Source: an uncultured delta proteobacterium (GTDB taxonomy: Bacteria; Myxococcota_A; UBA9160; SMWR01). Taken from it: a stretch of DNA of 64,000 nucleotides. The notes under the pieces were generated by a model that saw only the letters and a list, made by a program, of their open reading frames with translations, made no database searches and was not told the DNA's origin. Below, in pieces: positions 48,059-58,600 of this stretch. The translations under genes and the position numbers were made by a program. The stretch spans positions 32,001 through 96,000 of the forward strand of contig CAWHTE010000002.1 in the NCBI GenBank assembly GCA_963832165.1, read 5' to 3'. Position 1 is the stretch's first letter. Each line of letters begins with the position of its first letter.

Positions 48059-48915
48059 GTGCGGGTGCGTATCGACCTCCACACCCACTCGCGGGCCTCG
48101 GACGGCACGCAGAGTCCCGCGGAGGTGATGCGGGCGGCGGCCGACGCCGGGCTGGACGTGGTCGCGCTGACCGACCACGACACCGCGCAGGGCTGGGCGG
48201 AGGCGACCGCCGCCGCCGAGGCTCTCGGGCTCGAGCTGGTCACCGGCATCGAGGTCAGCACCCGCTTCGAGCACGCCGGCGTGCACCTGCTGGCCTACCT
48301 GCCCGACGCCGACGACCCGGGCCTGGTCCTCGCGCTCGACCGGGTGCTCGAGGGCCGCAACTCGCGGGTGCCGGCGATCCTCGCCAACCTGCGCGCGGTC
48401 GGGATCGAGCTCACCGAGGACGACGTACGCCGCGTGGCCGCCGGCACGCCCGCCACCGGCCGGCCGCACGTCGCCGACGCTCTCGTCGCCCAGGGAGTGG
48501 TGGCCGACCGGGCGGAGGCGTTCGAGAGGTACCTCAACCCGGGCCGGCCGGGGTACGCGACGAGGTACGCCGCCGACCTCGAGGACATCGTGCCGATGGT
48601 CGTCGCCGCCGGCGGCGTCCCCGTCGTCGCGCACCCGTGGGCCCGGTCGGCCCGGCACGTGCTCACGGAGGCGGCGTTCGGGCGCCTGCAGGACCTCGGG
48701 CTCGCCGGCATCGAGGTCGACCACCAGGGCCACGACCCGGCCGCGCGCGACACGCTGCGCGCGATCGCGCGCAACCTCGACCTGGTCGTCACCGGGTCCA
48801 GCGACTACCACGGCACCGGGAAGGTCGACCACGAGCTCGGGTGCAACACCACCGCACCCGACCAGCTCGCCCGCATCAGGGAGCTCGCCTCGTCCGCGCC
48901 GGACCGCGCCGATGA
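48059..48915 (+). CDS. PHP-domain phosphoesterase
   Basis: DLHTHSRASDG, ALTDHD, GRPHVA, AHP, TGSSDYHG; stop probably lost to an indel. Confidence 0.88.
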
Positions 48916-49529
48916 ACGACCTGCTCGACGTCACCCTGCTGACGAGTGCCTTCGTCACGCTCTTCGTGATCATGGACCCGGTCGGGACCGTGCCGATCTT
49001 CCTGTCGCTGACCAGCGGCCGGTCGAAGGCCACGGCCCGGCGGGCGGCCTGGCAGGCGGTCGCGGTGTCGTTCGTGGTGATCACGGCGTTCGCGTTCTTC
49101 GGCCAGCGGATCCTGTCCTACCTGCACATCTCGCTGCCGGCGCTCCAGTGTGCGGGCGGGCTGCTGCTCCTCCTCGTGGCCCTCGAGCTGCTGACCGGCA
49201 ACGAGAAGGAGCACACCCAGCAGGCCGGCACGAACGTCGCGCTCGTCCCGCTGGGCACCCCGCTGCTGGCCGGCCCCGGCGCGATCGTCGCGACGATGCT
49301 GTTCTCCCGCCGCGTCCACGACTTCGCCGACTTCGCGGCCGTCTCGCTCGCCGTGATCCTCGTGCACCTGTGCATCTGGGCCGCGATGCGCTACTCGCTG
49401 CCGATCCTGCGGCTGATCCGCGAGTCCGGCGTCCTGCTCGTCACCCGGATCGCCGGCCTGCTGCTCTCGGCCATCGCCGTGCAGCTCGTCGCGGACGCCG
49501 TCCGCGCGTTCATCGCCGGCGAGGGCTGA
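48912..49529 (+). CDS. MarC family membrane protein
   Basis: LFVIMDPVG, VPLGTPLLAGPGAI, TRIAGLLLSAIAVQ. Confidence 0.9.
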   Translation: MNDLLDVTLLTSAFVTLFVIMDPVGTVPIFLSLTSGRSKATARRAAWQAVAVSFVVITAFAFFGQRILSYLHISLPALQCAGGLLLLLVALELLTGNEKEHTQQAGTNVALVPLGTPLLAGPGAIVATMLFSRRVHDFADFAAVSLAVILVHLCIWAAMRYSLPILRLIRESGVLLVTRIAGLLLSAIAVQLVADAVRAFIAGEG

Positions 49530-49530
49530 G

Positions 49531-50282
49531 CTACTTGCGCCCGATGTTCTGGAAGCGCTGGGCGACGCGGGTGGGGACCATCCGGGTGGCGGTCGTGATC
49601 ACCTTGTACTGCCCGCCGGGGACCGACATCGCCTTGCCCTTGTCGAAGTCGGAGAGGCACTCGGAGACCAGGAAGTCGGCCTCCAGCCACAGGTAGCCCG
49701 ACCCGCGGCGCACGTTCATCCGCTCGTGGAACTCGGTCTTGGTGAAGCCCGGGCACAGCGTGGTCACGGTGACGCCCTTCGAGCGGTACTCGTTGGCGGC
49801 CCACGCGCCGAAGCTGTTCACCCAGGCCTTCGCGGCGGAGTACGAGCCGCGTGGCAGGAAGGCCGCCACGCTGGAGACGTTGATGATGCCGCCGGTGCCG
49901 CGCGCCGACATCGCGCCGAGGGCGGCGTGCGAGAGGCGCATCACGGCGACGACGAGGACGTCGAGCATGGCCTGCTCCTGCTCGACGTCGTTGTCCCCGA
50001 ACCGCCGCTTCAGCCCGAAGCCGGCGTTGTTGACCAGCAGGTCGACCGGCCGATCGAGCGAGGCGACGCGAGCCTCGACGTTCGCCAGCTGCTCGCGGTC
50101 GACAAGGTCGGCGAGAGGACCTCGGCGCCGACGCCGTACGTCGCCTGGAGCTCCTCGGCGAGCGACTCGAGGCGGGCGGTGTCGCGGGCGACCAGGACCA
50201 GGTCGTGGCCGCGGGCGGCGAGCTGTCGGGCGAACTCCAGGCCGATGCCGGCCGTGGCGCCGGTCACGAGAGCGGTAGGCAT
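49531..50282 (-). CDS. Short-chain dehydrogenase/reductase (frameshift near 50,118)
   Basis: [23 protein letters not shown]. Confidence 0.88.
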
Positions 50283-50357
50283 GCGTCGATCGAACCAGGT
50301 GCCTGCCGCGTTTCGCGGCCCGGGTCCGGCATGATGGTCGGCGATGACTTCCCCGAC

Positions 50358-50732
50358 ATGTCACGGTCCACGACCCTGGCCGTCGCCAACCAGAAGGGCG
50401 GCGTCGCCAAGACCACCAGCGTCGCCTCGCTCGGCGCCGCCCTGGCCGAGCTGGGCCACTCGGTGCTCCTGGTCGACCTCGACCCGCAGGCCTGCCTGAC
50501 CTTCTCCCTCGGCATCGACCCCGAGGACATCGAGATCTCCGTTCACCACGTGCTGACCAAGGGCACCCACGTCTCGGAAGTCATCATCGAGACCGACGAC
50601 GGGGTCGACCTGTTGCCGGCCACCATCGAGCTCGCCCGCGCCGAGGCCGACCTGCTGACCCGGACCGGACGCGAGCAGGTGCTCAAGGCCGCGCTGGCCG
50701 ACCTCGCCGACGAGGTCCAGTACGACTGGGTG
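50358..50732 (+). pseudogene. ParA/Soj-family ATPase, truncated at the junction
   Basis: NQKGGVAKTT, VDLDPQ; homology stops at YDWV, just before the expected DCPPS motif. Confidence 0.85.
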
Positions 50733-50798
50733 CCCGGACCAGAAACCTTTGCGAGTCCCTGCTCTCGGAAGTTTGGGACACCGCCCGATCGGATCGGT

Positions 50799-51224
50799 TC
50801 AGCGCCGGGCCGAAAATTCTCCGGGCCCCTTGAGCTCCACCACGTTGCCGTCCGGATCGCGGACATAGAGGGAAGGCCCCATCCCTTCTGCGCCGTATCG
50901 CTCGCCCACATCGCCGGCCTCGACGCCGGCCGCCGCGAGCTCCGCGCGCAGCGCGGCCGCGTCGAAAGACCCGAGCTGCAGCGCGAAATGGTCCATGTTC
51001 CTCGCTGAATCCCCCGGGGGGTCACCGCCGAGCTTCCCGAGTGGTCCCGCGATGTCGACCAGATCGATCAGCCCCGAGCCCGCGCGCAGCTGGACCAGCC
51101 CGAGCGCCTCGATGCGGCGCTCCTCGCGGCAGCCGAGCACGCCGCAGTAGAAGCCGAGCGCGCGCGCGACATCGCGCACGCGCAGCACCACATGATCGAT
51201 ACCGCGGATCTCGATCGCGCCCAT
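50799..51224 (-). CDS. VOC/glyoxalase family protein
   Basis: IDHVVLRV..FYCGVLG..NMDHFAL..YGAEG.GPSLYVRDPDGNVVELKG. Confidence 0.88.
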   Translation of the reverse strand: MGAIEIRGIDHVVLRVRDVARALGFYCGVLGCREERRIEALGLVQLRAGSGLIDLVDIAGPLGKLGGDPPGDSARNMDHFALQLGSFDAAALRAELAAAGVEAGDVGERYGAEGMGPSLYVRDPDGNVVELKGPGEFSARR

Positions 51225-51281
51225 CTCTCGCACGGTACTGCGGTTGACCTTTGCTGCGCGACCGCGCACGCTCGCGCGCCC

Positions 51282-52283
51282 ATGACCGGCGATCTCTACG
51301 GGTGCGCCGTGCGCGCGCTCGACGCCGCACCCCAGAGCGTGCCGCCGTGCCCGGTGTGCGGCGCCACCGCAGCGCGCCCGCGCTTCGCGGTGGAAGGGAC
51401 CGCGGCACCCGTGGTCGTGTGCGAGAGCTGTGGGCTCGGGCGCTTCCACCCGATGCTCGACGCGACGGCGATCGCATCGCTCTACCCCGACGCCTACTAC
51501 GGTGAGCCCGGTGTGAAGTTCCATCCCTTGGTCGAGCGCGCGGTGCGCTGGATCGGCGCGCGGCACGTGCGCTTCCTCTCGCTGGGCCTCGCGCCGGGAT
51601 CGCGCGTGCTCGACGTGGGCTGTGGGCGCGGCGTGGTGCTGGGCGCGCTCGCGGACCGCGGCCTCGAGGTGCACGGCGTCGAGGTGTCGGAGGCGGCGGC
51701 GCGCGGCACCGACCCGCGCGCGCAGGTGCGGATCGCGCACCAGCTCGCCGAAGCGGACTACCCGAGCGCCTACTTCGATCAGGTGCTCTTCTGGCACGTG
51801 CTCGAGCATCTCGAGCGGCCGCGCGAGACGCTCGACGAAGTGCGGCGCATCCTGCGGCCGGGCGGGCGCCTCGTGGTGGCGGTGCCCAACTTCGCGAGCC
51901 GCCAGGCCGCGTGGAGCGGTGCCGCCTGGTTCCATCTCGACCTGCCGCGCCACCTCTACCACTTCCCGCTGGCGGCGCTGCACCGACTGCTCGACGAGAC
52001 CGGTTTCGAGCCCACGTCCGACCATCATTTCTCGCTGCGCCAGAACCCGTTCGGCTGGGTGCAGAGTGCGCTCAACCGGGTCGAGTGGCTGCCGCGCAAC
52101 GGACTCTACACGCTGCTGCATCGGCGCATGGGTCCGCAGCCATTCGACAGCCTGACTTGCGCGGTTCTGCTAGGCGCATTCGCGCTGCTCTTCCCCGCGG
52201 CAGGGATCGCCTCGGTCTGGGACGCCGTGACTCGGAGCGGCGCCACCGTGCACGTCGTCGCACTGCGAAAGCCAGAGCGTTAG
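51282..52283 (+). CDS. Class I SAM-dependent methyltransferase with N-terminal Zn-ribbon
   Basis: CPVC..CESCG, VLDVGCGRG, WHVLEHL, VAVPN, LDLPRHLYHF. Confidence 0.85.
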   Translation: MTGDLYGCAVRALDAAPQSVPPCPVCGATAARPRFAVEGTAAPVVVCESCGLGRFHPMLDATAIASLYPDAYYGEPGVKFHPLVERAVRWIGARHVRFLSLGLAPGSRVLDVGCGRGVVLGALADRGLEVHGVEVSEAAARGTDPRAQVRIAHQLAEADYPSAYFDQVLFWHVLEHLERPRETLDEVRRILRPGGRLVVAVPNFASRQAAWSGAAWFHLDLPRHLYHFPLAALHRLLDETGFEPTSDHHFSLRQNPFGWVQSALNRVEWLPRNGLYTLLHRRMGPQPFDSLTCAVLLGAFALLFPAAGIASVWDAVTRSGATVHVVALRKPER

Positions 52284-52346
52284 CCCCCGCCGCACGCATT
52301 CGCGCTCGGCGCTAGGCACCCGCGCCACGGGCATCCGTGAACGGAA

Positions 52347-52379
52347 GGCGGGATCCGCCTTCGGCTCCTCCCGCCCAAC
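52347..52379 (-). repeat. REP-like palindrome (GTTG variant), intergenic copy
   Basis: GTTGGGCGGGAGGAGCCGAAGGCGGATCCCGCC, 32/33 identical to the intragenic copies. Confidence 0.85.
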
Positions 52380-52451
52380 TGGATTCAAATCCAGTTCGAT
52401 GGCCGAAGGAGGCGGGAGAATCTCGCCTCCGCGGCGGCCGCTTGGGCTGCG

Positions 52452-52607
52452 CTAGTCCTCGAGGAGGAGCTCAACGACCTCGCGGAGGTTGGCCGCGAGC
52501 TCGTCGAGCGAAGCACCCTGTGAGTGCGCGCCCGGAAAGCCCGGAATGTGGCCGACGAAAAGTCCCGTGTCCCAGCACTTCTCGACGACCGCAGTGAACT
52601 TGCGCAT
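52452..52607 (-). CDS. HicB-like antitoxin, 51 aa, orphan and possibly truncated (not in ORF track)
   Basis: Translated by hand: MRKFTAVVEKCWDTGLFVGHIPGFPGAHSQGASLDELAANLREVVELLLED*. Confidence 0.75.
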   Translation of the reverse strand: MRKFTAVVEKCWDTGLFVGHIPGFPGAHSQGASLDELAANLREVVELLLED

Positions 52608-52689
52608 GGAACGAGCTCCGGAACCGGGGACGTATGGAAGCTATCTCGCGTCGGTCGGCCGCGCGACTCTCCAGGGCGCAGCCGGCAGG

Positions 52690-55600
52690 TCAATGGCGCT
52701 CTGCGCACAGCTCCGCGAAGCGCGCGAGTGCGGCGTCGACGGCGTCGATGTCGAAGCGCTCGATGCGCGCGATCCGCTCGCCGTCGGTCAGGATCAAGGT
52801 CACGAACGTGGTCTCGAACGGCCCGCCGTCGCGCGTCCCGAACTGCCTCGCGACGTGCACGTGCCCGCGGCCGTTCCAGGTCAGGATCCGTACCGCTTCG
52901 TTTGCGTAGTTCGGCGCGAGCTCGGCGAACGCCTGGAGCGAGGCGATCCATTGATCGCGATCGAGCGACCCCAACACGCCCGGCGTGCGGCGGTCCCCGA
53001 TCACGGCGTCCTCGGTGAGAAGGCTGCGGAAGGCCTTCCAATCGCGGTTGGCGCTCGCTCGGTAGAGCGCGGCGATCGGCGCCTGCCCCCCGACCTCGGC
53101 GGCTTCGCCTGCGGCGAAGCGATCGTACATCTCTGCGAACGCGGCGCGGCGGTCGTCGGAGTCGAAGAGGATTTGCGCCCGGAGCCGCCCGTCGCCATCG
53201 ACCTCCGTGACCGTGATCCGCTCGAGGTCGAACGCACCCTCCGAAGGCGCGCGCGTCCACACGTCGTGCTCGACGGCGACCCGATTCCCCGCCGTGGCGA
53301 TCAACTTTCGGGTCAGGTGGGCCCCCTCCGACTGGAGGAATCGCAGGCTCGCGATCCCTTGCTCCATGCCGCCCGCCACCAGTGCCCGCTTGCTGCGATC
53401 CTCGTAGCAGAAGTCGTCGGCTGCGAGCGCACGGAGCCCGTCCCAATCGCTGGCGGACCACGCCTCGAAGTTTCGATCGCGCGCGCGCGACGCCGCGTTC
53501 GCCGGGATGTGCAGCGGATCGGGGCGCAGCTCTTCGAAGCGCGCGCGTGCGCGGTCGAGGTCTTCGGGCTCGAAGATCTCGAGTCCCGCGATGCGGCCGG
53601 ACTCAGTGAATGCGAGGTTGAGGTAGACCGACTCGAAATCGCCACCGTCGGCGAGCTTGCCAAAGGTATGGGCTACCGAGAGCTGGGTGCCCTTCGATCG
53701 GGCGAGTGGATAGAGGGTCTCGAACATCACCTCCTGGGTCTCCTGGAAGAGCGCGGCCAGCGACGCGACGTAGGCATCGGCCCCCTCGATGCGCCCCGCG
53801 CCGGTGCGGCGGTGATCGTCGTACACGTAATCGTCGGGCAGCGCGGCGCGGCAGCGCGCGAGGTCGCGATCGGCAACTCCGCGCATGAACTCGTACGCGC
53901 TCTTCGGCAGCCAACTCGCTGACCGGTCGAGCATCTCCAGACTCGCGGCGCGGCGGTCGTCGGGGTCGAACCCGATCACCGCCAGGAAACGGCCGTCCGC
54001 GTCGACTTCGAAGACTGTCAGCTGCTCGGCCTCGATGGGTGCCTCTTCGACACCGGTAAAGAGATGCCATTCGAGCATCAGCCGGTCGCCCGCAGTCGCC
54101 AGGAGCCTTCGCGAGACTCGCGATCTGGCGATGTATCTGGAGCTCGCGAGCCACGTCTCGCGATCGCCCGTGAGGCGGATCAGGCGCCGTCGATCGTCGA
54201 ACACCATCTCCGGTGCACATAGCGCGGGGAGCGCTTCCCAGTCCCGAGCCTCCAGGCGCTGCATCCAGCGATCCAGCGCGTGTGTCGCGACGTTGGGCGG
54301 GATGCGCAAGGCGGGATCCGCCTTCGGCTCCTCCCGCCCTACGTGATCAGGTACGTCATGAGTAGGGCGGGAGAGCGAAGCGATCCCGCCATCGGCCCCG
54401 GCGGTCACCTCGTCGAAGCGCGCGAACGCTTCGGCTTCGCTGTTCGCGTCGAACCACTCGACCCGCGAGACGAGACCCTGCGCATCGAAGGTCCAGAGTC
54501 TCAGGAATTCGAGCTCGAACGCTCCGCCGCTGGCGCGGCTGGTCCCCGACATCGTCGACTGCACCAGCAGTGCGTCGGGCTCGAGCGCGAGCACGTCGTC
54601 GATCCGGATGAATTCGTCCTCGAACAGGTCCGCGCCGATCCGGATACCGCGCCCCACGCTCTCTCGACCCCGCCCGCGGCCGGCCGAGATGACCGCTCGG
54701 TGATCGTGGAACTCGACGTCGTCGGCGAGGCTCTCCACCATGCGCTCGCGATCCAGCTGTCGGGAATGGACGGCGAGCGTCCGCGCGGTCGCCGCGGCGC
54801 GCTCGCGCTCGGAGCCTTCGGGCAGGAGCTCGGCATAGCGCTCGTACATCCGCACGACCGCGTCGCCGAGCTGATGGGCGGCGAAGCGCTCCTGGCGCCT
54901 CCGGCGCCCCTGCGCGTCGACCTCGGTCAGCAGGATCTGTTCGACCTCGTAGGGGCCGAGGTCGAGCGGGCCTCGCGCGAGGCCGCTCGCGGAGGCCTTG
55001 AGACGGGTGAGGCCGAGCGCGTCCCCGAGCGAGGCGAGTCGCTCCCCCACGAGCGAAAGGTCCTGCGCGCGCCAGAACGACTTCCTGATCCGGAGGTCGC
55101 CCTCGCGATCGAAGGTGGTGCCGGTGGTGTGATCGACGACCTCCACGTCGTCGGTCTGCAGCGTGGAGAGCGCCTGCTCATCGCGGGAGGCGATCGCCTC
55201 ATGGGTGCGGCGCATGTTCGCGAGCGCGGCATTCGTTCGCACGCGCCGCCTCGCGCGCCGCGGCTCGGGAGGCGCCGTGAGCTCGTCGAAGCGCGCGAGC
55301 GCCGCGTCCGCGTGCTCGGGATCGAACTGCTCCCAGCGCGTGATCTGCCCCTGGGCGTCGAAGGTCAGCAGCTGGCACAGATGGCGCTCGAACTCGCCGC
55401 CGCTGACCTTCAGCGTGCCGGAGTTCACGGCGCGCACGAGCAGCGCGTCGGGGCGCGCGCCGAGCACGTCGTCGATGCGCGTGCTGAGGTTCTCGAGCAG
55501 CTCGATGAACGCGCGCAGCCCCTGCTGCACGGCCTCGGCGCCGCGCAGCGACCCCACGCCCACCGCGCGCTGGTCGCTGTACTCGATGTCGGGCGCAAGC

Positions 55601-58600
55601 GGCCAGCGCTCGGGCGTCGGCGGCCCGAGCAGCACGGCGACCGCGCGCGCGATCGCGGCTGCGCTCTCGCGCTCGGCGCCGTCGGGCTGTCGCTCCGCAT
55701 AGCGCTCGTACAGGCGCACGGTCGCGTCGCCGAGTCGGTCGGCACGGAACATCTCGCCGCGTCGACGTCGCCCGTCGGCGTCGACCTCGATGATGAAAAC
55801 GTTTTCGTAGTCGAACTCGCCGACATCGAAGACGGGCCCGGACGCGCCGCTGCCCGACGCAAAGGTACGACTCAGCGCTAGTGATTCGCCGAGCGTGGCC
55901 AGAAGCTCGTAACGGTGCACGAGGTCGCGGGTGTTTCGGAACTGGCGGCGGTAGAAATCCAACAGTCCAGCATGGCCGAACTCCGCGCCGGTCGTGTGAT
56001 CGACCATCTCGCAGTCTTGCGCGAACAGCGTCTCGAGCGCGTCGGCATCTCGCGCCGTGATCGCTGCGCTGACGCGTGCGCTGTTCGCAGACGCCGCGTT
56101 CGGCGACACACGGCGCCGGACGGCGGGATCCGCGCTCAACTCGTCGAAGCGCGCGAGCGCGTCAGCGTCGCGGTCGGCGTCGAAGTGCTCCGCGCGTAGG
56201 AGGCGGCCATCGCTTCCGAAGACTTCGAGCAGGATCCACTGCCGCTCGAACACGCCGCCCCCCGTCCGATCGATTCCGGTGAGCGTCCGCTTGTGGAGCA
56301 GCAGACCGGGCCGAAGGCCGAGGACGTCGTCTGTTCGTACCGTGAAGTCGGTGGCGAGTTCGAGCCAGGCGCGCAGGCCCCGCAGCCCCTCAACGACTCC
56401 ACGCGCGGAATGGGTGGCCAGGAAGCGGTGATCGATCGTTTCGATCGAGGGTGACCAGGTGCTCGCATAGCGGTCGGGGTCGAACGGTCCCATCGACACC
56501 GCGACCGAGCGCGCAATCGCCGTGGCGCGCTCGCGCTCGGGACCCTCTGGCAAGCGCCCGGCGTAGCGCTCGTAGAGGCGGATGGCAGCGTCGCCGAGGT
56601 GATGCGCGGGAAAGATCTCGTCTCGCTGTCGGCACCCCTCGGCGTCGACCTCGACCAAGCGGACGAGCTCGCTCTCGAACGCGCCCACGTCGAACCGGCG
56701 GCTCGCGAGCCCGGTCCCCGACGTCGCATAGCGACAGAGCGCGAGCGACTCGCCTAGGACGGCCAGCGGCTCGCCTCGGTAGACGAGCCCCTCGACGTTC
56801 AGCGTCCTGCGGAGCATCTCGAGCCACCAGGATCGTCCATACGTCGCACCGGTGGTCTGATCGACGACCTCGATGCGATCCGATACGAGACGAGCGAACG
56901 CGTCGGTGTCGTGTGCCTGGACCGCTGCAATCTCGGCAGCGGCGTTCGCGGTCGCCGCATTCGGCTGCACGCGGCGGGCGGGGTGCGCCGGCGACGCGCT
57001 GAACTCGTCGAGCCGCGCGAGCGCGTCGGCGGTGCGGTCGGGCTCGAAAGCCTCGCACCGCAGTCCCAGGCCGTCGCGGCCGAAGAGCCAGAGCAGGAGA
57101 TAGGGCCGCTCGTATCGGCCGCCCGTGTCGCGGCTCGTGCCCACGTGAGTAATGCGGACGAGGAATGCCTGGCTCGTGAGCGCAAAGATGTCGTCGACGC
57201 GCAGCTTCATGCTCTCGACAAGGTCGAGCATCGAGCGCCAGTGCTCGACCATCGCCTGCTTGCCGCGACTCGACCAGGTTCCGAGCGTTCGGTGGTCGAC
57301 CGTCTCGAATGCGGGATCGACTGCGTCTGTCAGCCGATCGAGGTCGAACCGGCCCAGCTGCGCGGCGACGAGTCGCGCGGACGTGGCAGCGCGCGTGCGC
57401 TCGGGTCCCGTGGGAAGCGCTTCGGCGTAGCGCTCGTATAGCCGGGCGATCGCGTCGCCGAGCTGATCGGCGGCAAAGCACTCGCTCCAGCAGCGCCGGC
57501 CCTCGGCGTCGACCTCGGAGAGGTCGATCTCGCTGCGCTCGTAGGCGCCGACATCCCACTGCCGGCTCGTGAACGCGCTCGCGGAGTAGAACACGCGGCA
57601 CAGCGCGAGCGAGTCGCCGAGCGTCGCGAGCGGCTCGTGGCGCCGGAACGGGTTCTCGGAGACGAGCATCGAGCGCAGCGAGTAGACGACTCCATCGCGG
57701 TCGAAGTGGGTGCCGGTCGGATGATGCAGATACTCCACGCGGTCCGCGAACAGCCGCGCCCAGGCGTCGGCATCGCGCGCTTCGACCGCGGCGTCGGCCC
57801 GCGCCGCGTTCGCCGTCGCCGCGTTCGGCCGCACGCGGCGCGCGGGCGGAGCGGCGGTCAGCGCATCGAAGCGCGCGAGCGCGTCGGCCTCGCGGTCGAC
57901 GTCGAACCACTCGAAGCGCGCGATCCGACCGTCGCGTGCGAAGACCGTGAGCAGCAGGAACCTTCGCTCGAACGCGCCGCCGCTCCCGCGATCGGTGCCC
58001 GAGAACGTGCGCCGCATCAGGTGCGCATCGGGTTGCAGCGCGAGGATGTCGTCGATCTGCGTCGTGAGATCGGTCGCGAGGTCGCGCCAGGCGCGCAGGT
58101 GCTGGAGCACCGCAGCGGCCCCCTGCGCCGAATGAGTCGACAGCATGCGGTGATCGACGGCCTCGACTCCGGGCGCGAAGGCGGTCACGGCGATGTCGGG
58201 GTCGAACAGGGTCAGCGCGACCGAACGTGCGATCGCGGCGGCGCGCTCGCGCTCGGGGCCGTCGGGGAGCAGTTCGGCGTAGCGCTCGTAGAGACGGGCG
58301 ACGCCGTCTCCCAGCTGATTCGCGGCAAACAACTCGACGCGCCGCGCTCGTCCCGCAGGATCGGCGTCGACGACGTCGAATTGCTCGGCTTCGTACGGGC
58401 CGATATGCACATCCTTGGCGTCGATTCCGGAAGCGGAGGTCGACTGGTGGCATAGCGCGAGCGAATCGCCGAGTGTCGCCAGTGGCTCGATCTGGTAGCT
58501 CAGATCCCGGAAGCGCCACATCCCGCGACACCAGCGAAGCGATTCGTCCCGAGTCAGCTCCGCGGCAGTGGTGTGATCGATAGTGACGTGATCGTCGGTG

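Noticed and set aside
50733..51008. Novel C-terminal extension on ParA
   Set aside because: Read-through past the junction, antisense to the VOC gene
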